NCBI GenBank assembly: GCA_023251535.1
Contig: JAHEYP010000018.1
Coordinates: 7,759 to 71,758, forward strand
Reading direction: 5' to 3'
Source: Bacteroidota bacterium
GTDB taxonomy: Bacteria; Bacteroidota; Bacteroidia; AKYH767-A; OLB10
Length of the DNA stretch: 64,000 nt
A model generated the notes under the pieces. The model was not told the origin of the DNA. It saw only the letters and a program-made list of their open reading frames with translations, and ran no database searches. Position 1 is the stretch's first letter. Each line of letters opens with the position of its first letter. The position numbers and the translations under genes are program-made. Of the stretch, positions 36,687-48,000 are shown piece by piece.

Positions 36687-37667
36687 ATGCCTAAAGTCAC
36701 CATAGACGGCCATTCAATAGAAGTTCCTGAGGGAACAACCATCCTGCAGGCCGCACGAATGATAGGTGGAGATATCGTACCACCAGCGATGTGCTACTAT
36801 TCGAAACTAAAAACTAGTGGAGGATATTGTAGAACTTGTATCGTGAAAGTTACGAAGGGATCTGAAAAAGATCCTCGTCCGATGCCGAAGCCTGTTGCTT
36901 CTTGCCGTACTACCGTAATGGATGGTATGGAAGTGCAAAACACTACAGCCCCTGATCTTTTAGATGCAAGAAAAGGTGTGGTTGAATTTTTATTGATTAA
37001 CCATCCTCTCGATTGCCCTATCTGTGATCAAGCAGGCGAATGTCATTTGCAAGATTTAAGCTATCAACACGGACTCGCGAAATCACGTTATGAATTCAAA
37101 CGTCGCGAATTCGAGAAAATTGATATCGGTGATAAAATCAAGTTACACATGACGCGTTGCATCCTTTGCTATCGTTGTGTGAAAGTGGCCGATCAAGTTT
37201 GTGATAGTCGCGTGCATGGTGTGATCAATCGTGGTGATGTAGCAGAAATTTCTACTTATATAGAGAAAGCACTCGATAGCGATTTCTCAGGAAATGTAAT
37301 CGATGTTTGTCCAGTAGGTGCACTAACAGATCGAACCTTCCGATTCAAAAGTCGTGTGTGGTTTACAAAGCCTGTTGATGCACATCGTAATTGCACTAAA
37401 TGCTGCGGAAAAACAGTATTATGGATGAGTGGCGATGATGTGTTAAGAGTATCTGCACGAAAAGATAAATACGGTGAAGTAGAAGACTGGATTTGTAACG
37501 AATGCAGATTCGAGAAAAAATCGGCAAGCGATTGGACAATCGAAGGACCTCGTCATATCGATCGTACATCAGTGATTTCAGCCAACCATTATGAGAAAAA
37601 GAAAGCTTTGAAAATCGATGTGTCTAATCAATCGAAGATCGAAGAACGCGCTCATAATCCTAAATGA
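36687..37667 (+). CDS. nuoG: NADH-quinone oxidoreductase subunit G, short form of 326 aa lacking the molybdopterin-like C-terminal domain
   Basis: N-terminal 2Fe-2S ferredoxin-like region (CYYSKL...GGYCRTC), then HPLDCPICDQAGECHLQD and CILCYRCV 4Fe-4S motifs. The ORF ends at 37667. Confidence 0.85.
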   Translation: MPKVTIDGHSIEVPEGTTILQAARMIGGDIVPPAMCYYSKLKTSGGYCRTCIVKVTKGSEKDPRPMPKPVASCRTTVMDGMEVQNTTAPDLLDARKGVVEFLLINHPLDCPICDQAGECHLQDLSYQHGLAKSRYEFKRREFEKIDIGDKIKLHMTRCILCYRCVKVADQVCDSRVHGVINRGDVAEISTYIEKALDSDFSGNVIDVCPVGALTDRTFRFKSRVWFTKPVDAHRNCTKCCGKTVLWMSGDDVLRVSARKDKYGEVEDWICNECRFEKKSASDWTIEGPRHIDRTSVISANHYEKKKALKIDVSNQSKIEERAHNPK

Positions 37668-37700
37668 TCATAATAGTTAAAGTATAGCAAAAGCATTCAT

Positions 37701-38735
37701 ATGGAATTCTTTTTAATAAAGTTAGTATTGGTTTTAATCGTATTCTTGGTATCACTAGGAGTGGCGGCTTATTCAACCTATGCTGAACGTAAAATCGCTG
37801 CCTTTCTTCAAGACCGTGTTGGTCCCGATCGCGCAGGTCCTTTCGGTATTTTGCAACCGTTAGCCGACGGACTAAAAATGTTTATGAAGGAAGAAATCAT
37901 TCCTACACATGCCGATAAATTTTTATTTATCCTAGGTCCGTGTATCATGATGATGACAGCCAGCATGACAGGAGTAATAATTCCTTGGGGCCACGGACTC
38001 GAAATCAACGGGACGTTTTATCCTGTGCAAATCACCGATATCAATATCGGAATACTTTATGTATTCGGAGTAGTATCGATTGGAGTATATGGAATTATGA
38101 TCGGAGGATGGGCTTCGAATAATAAATATTCATTGATGGGTGCCATTCGTGCATCATCACAAATGATCAGCTATGAGTTAGCAATGGGAATGGCTATCAT
38201 CGCGTTGATCATGACAACAGGAACATTGAGCGTTCGTGAAATCGTTGAACAACAACACGGAATTCACTGGAATATTTTCACTCAACCATTAGGAGTAATA
38301 ATCTTTATCATTTGTGCTTTCGCTGAATGTAATCGTACTCCATTCGATTTACCTGAATGTGAAACTGAATTAGTAGGAGGATACCATACAGAGTACAGCT
38401 CAATGAAATTAGGGTTCTATCTTTTCGCTGAGTATATCAATATGTTTATCAGTTCTGCAATAATATCATCATTGTATTTCGGAGGATATAACTTCCCATT
38501 CATCGATCAATTAGGATTATCGCCTAATATGTTGTCAATGCTTGGTACACTTATCTTCTTCGGAAAAATCTTCTTCTTTATCTTCTTCTTCATGTGGGTA
38601 CGTTGGACAATCCCGCGTTTCCGCTACGATCAGTTGATGCACTTAGGATGGAGAGTAATGATTCCATTAGCAATTGTAAATATTCTTGGAACAGGAGTAT
38701 ACGTACTGTTTAAAAACGGACAATTACATTTCTGA
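37701..38735 (+). CDS. nuoH: NADH-quinone oxidoreductase subunit H
   Basis: 344 aa polytopic protein. Conserved AERK..A..Q.R.GP and the FAECNRTPFDL/ExELV motif. Confidence 0.92.
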   Translation: MEFFLIKLVLVLIVFLVSLGVAAYSTYAERKIAAFLQDRVGPDRAGPFGILQPLADGLKMFMKEEIIPTHADKFLFILGPCIMMMTASMTGVIIPWGHGLEINGTFYPVQITDINIGILYVFGVVSIGVYGIMIGGWASNNKYSLMGAIRASSQMISYELAMGMAIIALIMTTGTLSVREIVEQQHGIHWNIFTQPLGVIIFIICAFAECNRTPFDLPECETELVGGYHTEYSSMKLGFYLFAEYINMFISSAIISSLYFGGYNFPFIDQLGLSPNMLSMLGTLIFFGKIFFFIFFFMWVRWTIPRFRYDQLMHLGWRVMIPLAIVNILGTGVYVLFKNGQLHF

Positions 38736-38784
38736 TAATCGAATTCATAAATAAGTTAGTAATCGCTATTAATAAACTCGAGTA

Positions 38785-39324
38785 ATGCAACTCACCAACC
38801 GATCAAAAGTTGTTGTCAACAAAGAGATGACCTTCGCAGAGAAGATCTATCTGCCGGCTATTTTAAGCGGGTTGGCTATCACAATAAAGCACTTATTCAA
38901 AAAGAGTGCAACAGTAAAATATCCTGAGCAAACTCGTCCCGTTTCTGAAAATTACAGAGGGATGCATGTGCTTAAGCGTGATGAAGAAGGACGTGAAAAT
39001 TGTACTGCCTGCGGACTATGTGCCGTAGCTTGTCCGGCAGAAGCAATTACGATGACTGCAGGCGAACGCAAAAAAGGAGAAGAACATTTATACCGTGAAG
39101 AGAAGTACGCAGAGATCTATGAGATCAATATGTTGCGTTGCATCTTCTGCGGACTATGCGAAGAAGCTTGTCCGAAAGAAGCTATCTTCTTAACAGATCG
39201 ACTTGTACCATCCGATTTTGTTCGCACTAATTTTATCTATGGAAAAGATAAGTTAGTAGAAGGAACATCACCGGAATTAAGAGTAGATGTATCAAAACGA
39301 ATTAAAGCACACCGTACATTATAA
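38785..39324 (+). CDS. nuoI: NADH-quinone oxidoreductase subunit I (2x 4Fe-4S)
   Basis: Two CxxCxxCxxxCP motifs: CTACGLCAVACP and CIFCGLCEEACP. Confidence 0.92.
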   Translation: MQLTNRSKVVVNKEMTFAEKIYLPAILSGLAITIKHLFKKSATVKYPEQTRPVSENYRGMHVLKRDEEGRENCTACGLCAVACPAEAITMTAGERKKGEEHLYREEKYAEIYEINMLRCIFCGLCEEACPKEAIFLTDRLVPSDFVRTNFIYGKDKLVEGTSPELRVDVSKRIKAHRTL

Positions 39325-39389
39325 ATCCTTTTGAGGAACGGGAGGATGTATTAATTTCGCCTGCCGGTTCTCTTAAAAACCTTAAGACC

Positions 39390-39887
39390 TTGAATCCTAG
39401 CTTACCCTTCTTCGTACTTGCAACCCTTTCAGTGTTCAGCGCACTGATGGTGGTACTTTCGCGTAAGCCTGTACACAGCGTATTGTATCTGATATTTTGT
39501 TTTTTCACTATCGGCGGACATTATCTTTTATTGAACGCACAATTCCTGTTTGCGGTACATATCATTGTTTATGCCGGAGCAATCATGGTACTCTTCCTCT
39601 TCACGTTGATGTTCATCAATATGAATAAGGAACTAGAACCGCATAAATCAAATCTCTTAAAAGGAGCAGCTACTATAGCCGCCGGATGTTTGTTACTAGT
39701 ATTAGTAGCCGCAACAAAAGGAGCTGAAACACTGCCTGCCATTTCTAAAACATCTGACATTGGAACAGTGAGCAATTTAGGAAAGGCATTATACGGTCAA
39801 TATTTATTACCATTCGAATTAATCTCTATTCTTTTACTAACAGCAATGGTGGGAGCCGTTATGTTAGGTAAAAAAGATGTTGAGTAA
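39390..39887 (+). CDS. nuoJ: NADH-quinone oxidoreductase subunit J
   Basis: 165 aa with five TM helices, positioned between nuoI and nuoK. Confidence 0.85.
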   Translation: MNPSLPFFVLATLSVFSALMVVLSRKPVHSVLYLIFCFFTIGGHYLLLNAQFLFAVHIIVYAGAIMVLFLFTLMFINMNKELEPHKSNLLKGAATIAAGCLLLVLVAATKGAETLPAISKTSDIGTVSNLGKALYGQYLLPFELISILLLTAMVGAVMLGKKDVE

Positions 39888-39901
39888 AATATACTAAGAG
39901 C

Positions 39902-40222
39902 ATGAATTCAATTCTGCAAGTGATCCCGCTTAATTACTACGTAGCGTTAGCTGCCATCCTCTTCTCAATAGGAGTGATGGGAGTAATGTTCCGCAGGAAT
40001 GCCATCATCGTATTTATGTGCATCGAACTTATGTTGAATGCCGTGAATATGTTGTTAACTGCATTCTCTACTTATCATGGAGATGCATCAGGACAAGTAA
40101 TGGTATTCTTTATTATGGCGGTAGCCGCAGCCGAAGTAGCTGTGGGATTAGCAATTCTCGTAATGATCTACAACAATATCAGAACGGTAGACATTAATGA
40201 GTTAAATAAATTAAAATGGTAA
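39902..40222 (+). CDS. nuoK: NADH-quinone oxidoreductase subunit K
   Basis: 106 aa with three TM helices and a conserved Glu in TM2 ([10 protein letters not shown]). Confidence 0.88.
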   Translation: MNSILQVIPLNYYVALAAILFSIGVMGVMFRRNAIIVFMCIELMLNAVNMLLTAFSTYHGDASGQVMVFFIMAVAAAEVAVGLAILVMIYNNIRTVDINELNKLKW

Positions 40223-40276
40223 TTCAAGGGATTATCCTTAACAAAATAGTTGTAAACTAAATCACGAACTAACCTT

Positions 40277-42169
40277 ATGGTTCAATTTGCATGGCTCATA
40301 CCAATGTTCCCTTTGTTGGGCTTCCTGTTAATTGGGTTGCTCAACAAGCGACTGCCGGTTAGTTTGAGCGGAGGAATTGCGACACTAATGGTATTCTTAT
40401 CATTTATAGTGTCGGCGGTAATATTTGGAGAAGTAGCACAGGACGGATCAGTGCCTGAGCGGGTAGTATTATTCGACTGGATTTCAGTCGGAGATCTTTC
40501 TATTCCATTCTCGTTTCTAATCGATCGCTTATCGGTGATCATGTTAATGGTAGTAACCGGAGTAGGGTCGCTTATCCATTTGTATTCGATAGGATACATG
40601 CATCACGAGCAAGATCATCCTAGATATTTCTCGTATCTCAATCTATTCGTATTCTTTATGTTATTACTCGTATTGGGTTCTAACTATATTGTAATGTTTG
40701 TTGGTTGGGAAGGAGTAGGATTATGTTCTTACTTACTCATCGGATTCTGGTTTAAAAACATCGATTACAGTAATGCTGCTAAGAAAGCATTTATCATGAA
40801 TCGTATCGGTGACTTAGGATTGTTATTAGGAGTATTCTTGATCTATACCACTTTCGGTAGCGTTGGTTTCCGTGAAGTATTTGAATCCGCAAGAAATTTC
40901 CCTGAGAATAGCGAAGCAATTACAGCAATCTGTTTATTGTTATTCGTTGGTGCAATGGGTAAGAGTGCGCAAATTCCATTGTACACATGGTTGCCTGATG
41001 CGATGGCGGGTCCTACACCTGTTTCGGCTCTCATCCACGCAGCAACAATGGTTACAGCCGGTATTTATATGGTAGTGCGTTCAAATGTATTGTATGTGCT
41101 TTCGCCAGATGCTTCTGAAATTGTAGCCTTCGTTGGATTAGCAACTGCATTCTTTGCAGCAACAATTGGTTTGAAGCAAAACGATATTAAAAAAGTATTG
41201 GCTTATTCAACAGTAAGTCAGTTGGGATATATGTTTGTTGCGCTTGGAGTAGGAGCATACCAAACTGCTTTGTTCCATGTTATCACGCATGCATTCTTTA
41301 AAGCATTATTATTCTTAGGTGCAGGATCTGTTATTCACGCGATGAGCGGAGAACAAGATATTCGCAGGATGGGAGGATTAAAGAAAGCATTGCCTATCAC
41401 ACATGCAACTTTCTTAATTGGAACATTAGCGATTGCAGGATTACCACCATTCGCGGGATTCTTCTCAAAAGATGAAATCTTAGCGAAAGTATGGGAGCAC
41501 TCTCCTGTTATGTTTATCGTATTAGCAGTAACATCTGTACTAACGGCTGTGTATATGCTAAGATTGTACTGGTTAACATTTTATGGTGATTTCAGAGGAA
41601 CCGAAAATCAAAAACATCACTTGCATGAATCTCCTGCAACAATGACAATGCCATTAGTAGTATTGGCAATATTATCGACTGTTGGTGGATTCATCGGTAT
41701 GCCTGAAGTATTTCACGCACCACATTTCTTGAATGAGTTTTTAGCTCCTGTGATTTGGAAAGTAAATCACCATGAAGCAAGCGAAACATTTGAATACATG
41801 TTAATGGGAATATCAGTTGTGCTATTACTGTTAATCATGTTTGCTACATATAATACTTATGTTACGAAGAAAGTGATGCCTGAAGAAAATGATAAAGACC
41901 TTCAAGGCTTTGCTAAATTGGTAGCAAATAAATACTACGTTGACGAAATTTATGAAGCGGTGATAACAAAACCGTTAAATGGAATTTCCTCATTCGTATA
42001 TAAATACATCGATCAAGGATTTATCGATAAATTGGTGAATGGAACTGGAACATCGTTAACAGGATTTAGCGGCGTGCTTCGTTTCGTTCAAACCGGAAAT
42101 ATCGGCGGATACATCTTCAGTATGGTCATCGGAATTATTGTGATATTAGTATTAACCATGATATTATAA
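40277..42169 (+). CDS. nuoL: NADH-quinone oxidoreductase subunit L
   Basis: 630 aa antiporter-like subunit with the conserved WLPDAMAGPTPVSALIHAATMVTAG motif. Confidence 0.92.
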   Translation: MVQFAWLIPMFPLLGFLLIGLLNKRLPVSLSGGIATLMVFLSFIVSAVIFGEVAQDGSVPERVVLFDWISVGDLSIPFSFLIDRLSVIMLMVVTGVGSLIHLYSIGYMHHEQDHPRYFSYLNLFVFFMLLLVLGSNYIVMFVGWEGVGLCSYLLIGFWFKNIDYSNAAKKAFIMNRIGDLGLLLGVFLIYTTFGSVGFREVFESARNFPENSEAITAICLLLFVGAMGKSAQIPLYTWLPDAMAGPTPVSALIHAATMVTAGIYMVVRSNVLYVLSPDASEIVAFVGLATAFFAATIGLKQNDIKKVLAYSTVSQLGYMFVALGVGAYQTALFHVITHAFFKALLFLGAGSVIHAMSGEQDIRRMGGLKKALPITHATFLIGTLAIAGLPPFAGFFSKDEILAKVWEHSPVMFIVLAVTSVLTAVYMLRLYWLTFYGDFRGTENQKHHLHESPATMTMPLVVLAILSTVGGFIGMPEVFHAPHFLNEFLAPVIWKVNHHEASETFEYMLMGISVVLLLLIMFATYNTYVTKKVMPEENDKDLQGFAKLVANKYYVDEIYEAVITKPLNGISSFVYKYIDQGFIDKLVNGTGTSLTGFSGVLRFVQTGNIGGYIFSMVIGIIVILVLTMIL

Positions 42170-42176
42170 CAGCGGT

Positions 42177-43631
42177 ATGATAACACTTCTATTACTCCTC
42201 GTTCCGCTAGTTGCTTCATTGGTTTGCTTGATGCTCGATCAAGCAAAAGTGAAAATATTTGCACTTGGAACATCGCTCGTTAGCTTGGGCATTACAGTTT
42301 ATGCGTTTACGTTATTTAATAATGATATCGCCGATCAGTTTCTTGTAAACTACTGGTGGATTCAAGAATTAGGTATCAGCTTCAAAGCTGGTATCGATGG
42401 TATTAGCATTTTGTTAGTAGCATTAACTAATTTCTTGCTGCCATTAATTATCCTTACTTCTTTCCGCCACGATTATAAAAATGCTTCCACCTTCTATGCA
42501 TTGATGCTGTTTATGCAGTTTGCGTTGATAGGAGTATTTACTGCGTTAGACGGATTCTTATTCTATATCTTCTGGGAATTAGCATTGATTCCTATTTACC
42601 TCATCTGTTTAATGTGGGGAGGAAAAGATAGCGCAAGAATTACATTGAAGTTCTTTATCTACACATTAACAGGATCATTGTTGATGTTAGCGGGATTGAT
42701 TTATGTTTATCTACAAACACCGGGAGCTCATACATTCGATATTGATGCATTGTACAATGTAACATTATCGCCTGTCGCTCAGTCGTGGTTGTTCTGGTGT
42801 TTCTTTCTCGCATTCGCAATTAAAATTCCAATCTTCCCTCTTCATACTTGGCAGCCTGATACATACACTGATGCTCCTACGCAAGGAACAATGTTATTGT
42901 CGGGTATCATGTTAAAAATGGGTATCTATGGAATTATTCGTTGGATGCTTCCTATCATTCCTCAGGGATTGTCAGAATGGGGAAATACAGCAATGATGCT
43001 TTCTATTGCAGGTGTTGTATATGCTTCATGTATGGCATTAGTGCAAAAAGACTTCAAACGATTAGTTGCATATTCTTCTATTGCGCACGTTGGATTAATT
43101 GCTGCAGGTGTATTTGCTTTAAATCTACAAGGACTTCAAGGAGCAATGGTGCAAATGATTGCTCACGGTGTGAATGTTGTTGGTATGTTCTTCATTATCG
43201 ATATCATTCAACGACGTATGAAAACGCGTCAGTTAGATGAGTTAGGCGGTTTCGCAAATAACTCACCGATATTTACAATTCTATTCATGATTGTATTGTT
43301 AGGCTCTGTTGCATTGCCATTAACAAACGGATTTGTTGGAGAGTTCTTATTGTTGAATGGAGTATATCAGTATAGTGCGTGGATGGCTTTAGTAGGAGGA
43401 TTAACAATTATCCTCGGAGCAGTTTATATGTTACGCGCATATCAAAAAGTAATGTTGGGTGAACCTCATGCGAGAAGCGTTGAGTTTACTGGACTACATC
43501 AAACAGAAAAAATTGTGTTGGTAGCAATCGCTGCCGTAATCATAGTGACAGGAATTTATCCGAAACCGATCATTCATGTGGCAGGTCCGGCTATCGAAGA
43601 TATTCTCGCTCACGTTAAAGATATTTATTAA
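42177..43631 (+). CDS. nuoM: NADH-quinone oxidoreductase subunit M
   Basis: 484 aa antiporter-like subunit with the motif ...FPLHTWQPDTYTDAPTQGTMLLSGIMLKMG. Confidence 0.92.
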   Translation: MITLLLLLVPLVASLVCLMLDQAKVKIFALGTSLVSLGITVYAFTLFNNDIADQFLVNYWWIQELGISFKAGIDGISILLVALTNFLLPLIILTSFRHDYKNASTFYALMLFMQFALIGVFTALDGFLFYIFWELALIPIYLICLMWGGKDSARITLKFFIYTLTGSLLMLAGLIYVYLQTPGAHTFDIDALYNVTLSPVAQSWLFWCFFLAFAIKIPIFPLHTWQPDTYTDAPTQGTMLLSGIMLKMGIYGIIRWMLPIIPQGLSEWGNTAMMLSIAGVVYASCMALVQKDFKRLVAYSSIAHVGLIAAGVFALNLQGLQGAMVQMIAHGVNVVGMFFIIDIIQRRMKTRQLDELGGFANNSPIFTILFMIVLLGSVALPLTNGFVGEFLLLNGVYQYSAWMALVGGLTIILGAVYMLRAYQKVMLGEPHARSVEFTGLHQTEKIVLVAIAAVIIVTGIYPKPIIHVAGPAIEDILAHVKDIY

Positions 43632-43634
43632 GGT

Positions 43635-45020
43635 ATGAAGGCATTAATCGTTATCGCCTTGTTGGGTGTTGTTACAATGATGTCGGAGGTATTCCGATTC
43701 AAAAAACTACTCCTTCCATTAGTAGTTGTTGGCTTACTGGCAGCTTGCGGTTTAGCAATCGGCGACTGGAATACCGCTATTCGTTATTATAGCGATATGG
43801 TGTATTTCGACAATTATTCATTGGCATTTACATCGCTAATTATTGTATTAACACTATTATGGCTGATCATCTCTAAAGGCTATTTCGTATCTGATTCTAG
43901 TAGGGCAGAGCATGCTACATTGATACTTTTCACACTTTGTGGAGGTGTTATTATGACGGCATATTCTGATCTTTCGATGTTCTTCGTTGGACTTGAAATC
44001 CTTTCAATAAGTCTTTACGTATTGGCTTCAAGCAACAAACACGACCTCAAATCAAATGAAGCAGGGATGAAGTATTTCCTCATGGGCTCATTTGCTACTG
44101 GGTTTTTGCTGTTTGGAATGGCATTAATTTATGGTGCAGCTGCCTCATTTAACCTTGTTAAAATCGCTGAATATGTTCAAACTACAGCGGCCCACGGACA
44201 AACTCCTATGTTTGTATATACAGGAGTTTTGTTGATGATGGTCGGATTAATGTTTAAAGTTTCAGCCGCTCCGTTCCATTTCTGGGCTCCAGATGTGTAT
44301 GAAGGCGCGCCGACATTGATTACAGCATTCATGGCAACAGTGGTGAAAACAGCAGCTTTTGCAGCCTTTTATCGCCTTTTTAGTACATGTTTTGGTGATA
44401 TTTCAGGATTTTGGGCGCAAACGTTAGCGGTGATTTCTGCCGTAACTATGCTCACAGGTAACATCTTGGCAGTATCTCAAACCAGCTTAAAAAGAATGTT
44501 GGCATACTCAAGTATTGCTCATGCGGGTTATATGTTGATGGCAATCGTAGCGATGAATAAAATCTCGGGAGGAGCTATCTTCTTATATGCAACTGCTTAT
44601 TCCTTAGGTAGTTTAGGAGCTTTTGCTTGTCTTCATGCTATTAGCAAATACGGCGATGAAAGCATCGAAAACTTAAAAGGATTTGCTGCGGATAATAAAA
44701 TTTGGGCAGGATTATTGGGTGTTATTGTATTGTCGTTAGCCGGAATTCCTCCGGTGGCAGGCTTTTTTGCCAAATATTACATATTCTACGGCGTATTTCA
44801 GTCGAATTTCACTTGGCTAGTACTCGTTGCTATTCTTTCTTCATTAATCGGCGTGTATTATTACTTCAGAATCATCATAACGATGGTTCAACCTCGCTCG
44901 GAAAAGGCAACTGTTTTACCGGCATTAACAGGAGCGCATAAAGCACTTTTGTTGATTTCGGCGCTATTGGCATTGGGAATTGGAATATACCCTGCATTTC
45001 TTCAAGGACTTCTCTCTTGA
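43635..45020 (+). CDS. nuoN: NADH-quinone oxidoreductase subunit N
   Basis: 461 aa antiporter-like subunit. Motif FHFWAPDVYEGAPTLITAFMATVVKTAAF. Confidence 0.92.
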   Translation: MKALIVIALLGVVTMMSEVFRFKKLLLPLVVVGLLAACGLAIGDWNTAIRYYSDMVYFDNYSLAFTSLIIVLTLLWLIISKGYFVSDSSRAEHATLILFTLCGGVIMTAYSDLSMFFVGLEILSISLYVLASSNKHDLKSNEAGMKYFLMGSFATGFLLFGMALIYGAAASFNLVKIAEYVQTTAAHGQTPMFVYTGVLLMMVGLMFKVSAAPFHFWAPDVYEGAPTLITAFMATVVKTAAFAAFYRLFSTCFGDISGFWAQTLAVISAVTMLTGNILAVSQTSLKRMLAYSSIAHAGYMLMAIVAMNKISGGAIFLYATAYSLGSLGAFACLHAISKYGDESIENLKGFAADNKIWAGLLGVIVLSLAGIPPVAGFFAKYYIFYGVFQSNFTWLVLVAILSSLIGVYYYFRIIITMVQPRSEKATVLPALTGAHKALLLISALLALGIGIYPAFLQGLLS

Positions 45021-45021
45021 T

Positions 45022-45055
45022 TTTGAGAATGTAAGACGTATTTTTTTTACCTTTG
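45022..45055 (+). promoter_or_regulatory. Candidate Bacteroidetes sigma-A promoter for the downstream adhesin gene
   Basis: TTTG at 45022-45025 (-33 element) and TACCTTTG at 45048-45055, which matches the -7 consensus TAnnTTTG. Spacing is 22 nt. The ATG at 45081 is about 20 nt downstream of the predicted transcription start. Confidence 0.4.
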
Positions 45056-45080
45056 TAGTATTCACTACTACCAACTGAAA

Positions 45081-48000
45081 GTGGACTTTATTCTGCTTTT
45101 AGAAACTATTATGATTCGAATTATACACAAAGGTCCTATTCGTAGGTTCATGAGTTTGTCATGGACATTCATTGCTTTGTTGCCGTTATTATTTTCTACC
45201 TCACTTTATGCTTCAAATTTTGTGAAAGGTGATAATACTTTGCAACCTCCTCCAATCACTTCGTTGAATTTCATCACATCCGATTTTAATGGATACGGTG
45301 TTTCATGTAATGGAAGTGCAGATGGCTCCATTGACTTAACAGTGATAGGTGGCGTTGCTCCTTACACTTATGTTTGGTCGAATGGAGAAGTAACAGAAGA
45401 TATCTCTGGATTAATTGCTGGAACATATACAGTAACCGTTACCGATTTTAATGGCGACATCCTAAGCAGTAGTGCAGATATAACTGAACCCGATGTAATA
45501 CAACTTTCATCATCGTTAACAGATGTATTATGCTTCAATGGTAATTCAGGAAGTATTGATCTTACTGTTACCGGTGGAGTGGCAGGTTATAGTTATCTAT
45601 GGAGCAATGCTTCTTTATCGGAAGATATTTCATCTCTCGTTGCAGGAGATTATAGCGTAACAGTTACCGATGCGAATAATTGTACCGCGCAAAGTACTTT
45701 TACTATTGCAGAACCATCTGAATTAATTCTTTCAGCTACAGTATCTGATATTACTTGCTTTGGTGGCAATGATGGAACAATTGATTTAACTGTTACCGGA
45801 GGTACTTCAAATTATACTTACGAATGGAGTAATGGAGAAGTGTCAGAAGATTTAATAGATCTCATAGCCGGCGATTATACAATAACAGTTACTGATGCGA
45901 ATAACTGTATCGTCAACGAAGTGTATACTTTAACAGAGCCAACGATTATCAACATTCAAGGTGCTATATCAAACGTTAGTTGTTTCAATGGAACAAATGG
46001 CGGAGTGAATATTACCGTAACCGGAGGTACAGGAGCATATACTTATCTGTGGAGTAACGGAGCAATTACAGAAGATCTTTCAAGTTTAATAGCCGGTACC
46101 TATACCGTTACAGTTACTGATGCAAACAATTGCACTTCTTCTAATTCATTTACTGTTTCTCAACCTGCATTGCTAAACCTTAGTGGAGCAGCATCTGCAG
46201 TAACTTGTTTTGGCGGATCAAATGGATCAGTGAACATTACTGTCTCAGGAGGAACAACAAATTACTCTTATCAATGGAGTAATTCAACGTCGAGTGAAGA
46301 TTTGACAAATGTCGTTGCAGGAACGTATACTGTTACTGTAACTGACGCTAACAATTGTACAGCTACTAACGGTTACGTAGTAACGCAACCAACAGCATTA
46401 GCTCTTTCTGGTACGGCTACAAATATTCCTTGTTTCGGTGGAACAAACGGTTCTATTAACTTAATCGTTTCTGGTGGGACAACTACTTACTCTTATTTGT
46501 GGAGTAATGGAGCTGTAACTGAAGACTTGTCGGCATTAAGTGCTGGTTCTTATACTGTAACTGTTACTGATGCGAACAACTGTACTTCTAACAGATCATT
46601 TACAATTACTCAGCCATCGGCAATAAATATTTCGGGTATTACAACCGCAGTGGCTTGTAATGGAGCTTCAACAGGAGCTGTGAATATTACTGTTGCCGGT
46701 GGAATCCCAGCTTATACTTATCAATGGAGTAACTCAGCATTTACTGAAGATATCTCAAATGTTGCGGCTAATACATATACAGTAACTGTTACTGATGCGA
46801 ATAACTGTTCTTCTAACAGATCATTTATTGTAACGCAGCCTACAGCAATAAATATCTCAGGTGTTACAACTGCCGTAGCATGTAACGGAGCATCTACAGG
46901 AGCTGTGAATATTACTGTTTCCGGCGGAACTCCTTCTTATACTTATCAATGGAGTAATTCAGTTTTTACAGAAGACATTACGAATGTTGCAGCAGGAAGC
47001 TATACTGTTACTGTAACTGATTTCAATAATTGTACTGCTACTAACGTTTATACTGTAACACAACCAACCGCGTTGAATCTTTCAGGTTCTGCAACTGCAG
47101 TAAGTTGTTTCGGCGGGACTAGTGGTTCGGTAAATATTACTGTGAGTGGAGGTACAACAAACTATTCGTTTTTATGGAGTAATGGTGCTAGTACAGAAGA
47201 TTTATCAAGTGTTGCTGCAGGAACATACACAGTAACCGTAACTGATGCAAATAACTGTACTATCTCGAATTCATTTACAGTAACGCAACCAACGGCACTT
47301 TCCGTTTCCGTGAATACTACAGCTGGTTCTTGTAATTTAGCAAATGGTGCTGCCGCTGCAGTGGTAAACGGTGGAACTCCTACTTACAGTTATCTGTGGA
47401 ATACTGGAGCCGTAACATCTTCAATTTCTAATTTATTAAGTGGAACTTATACTGTTACTGTTACTGATTCAAAAGGCTGTACTTCATCAAATTCAGGAAC
47501 AGTGAGCAACTCGGGATCTTTAACAATTTCTCCAATTGTTGTGACCAATGTTTCGTGTAATGGAGGATCAAATGGAGCAATTGATATTTCAGTTTCTGGT
47601 GGTGTTGGTCCTTATACTTACTTGTGGAGTAATCTCGCTTTAAGTCAAGATATCTCAGGATTAACTGCAGGAACTTATTCTGTTACTGTGACTGACTTGA
47701 GCTTATGTGTTACTACTGCATCTGCTGTTGTAACTCAACCTTCTGTAATCACTTTAACGCCTACAATTTCGAATGTGTCGTGTAACAACGGTGCAAATGG
47801 AAGTATTCAGTTATCCGTTAACGGCGGAACTTCTCCTTACTCTTTCTTGTGGAATACAGGTTCTGTTAGTCAGAATGTCTCTTCTCTCGCAGCAGGTACA
47901 TATACTGTTACTGTTACCGATTTTAATAACTGTACAATTACTCAGTCGTTTACAATTACTCAACCTACTGCAATAAGTGCAACGGCATCTTCTACACAAG

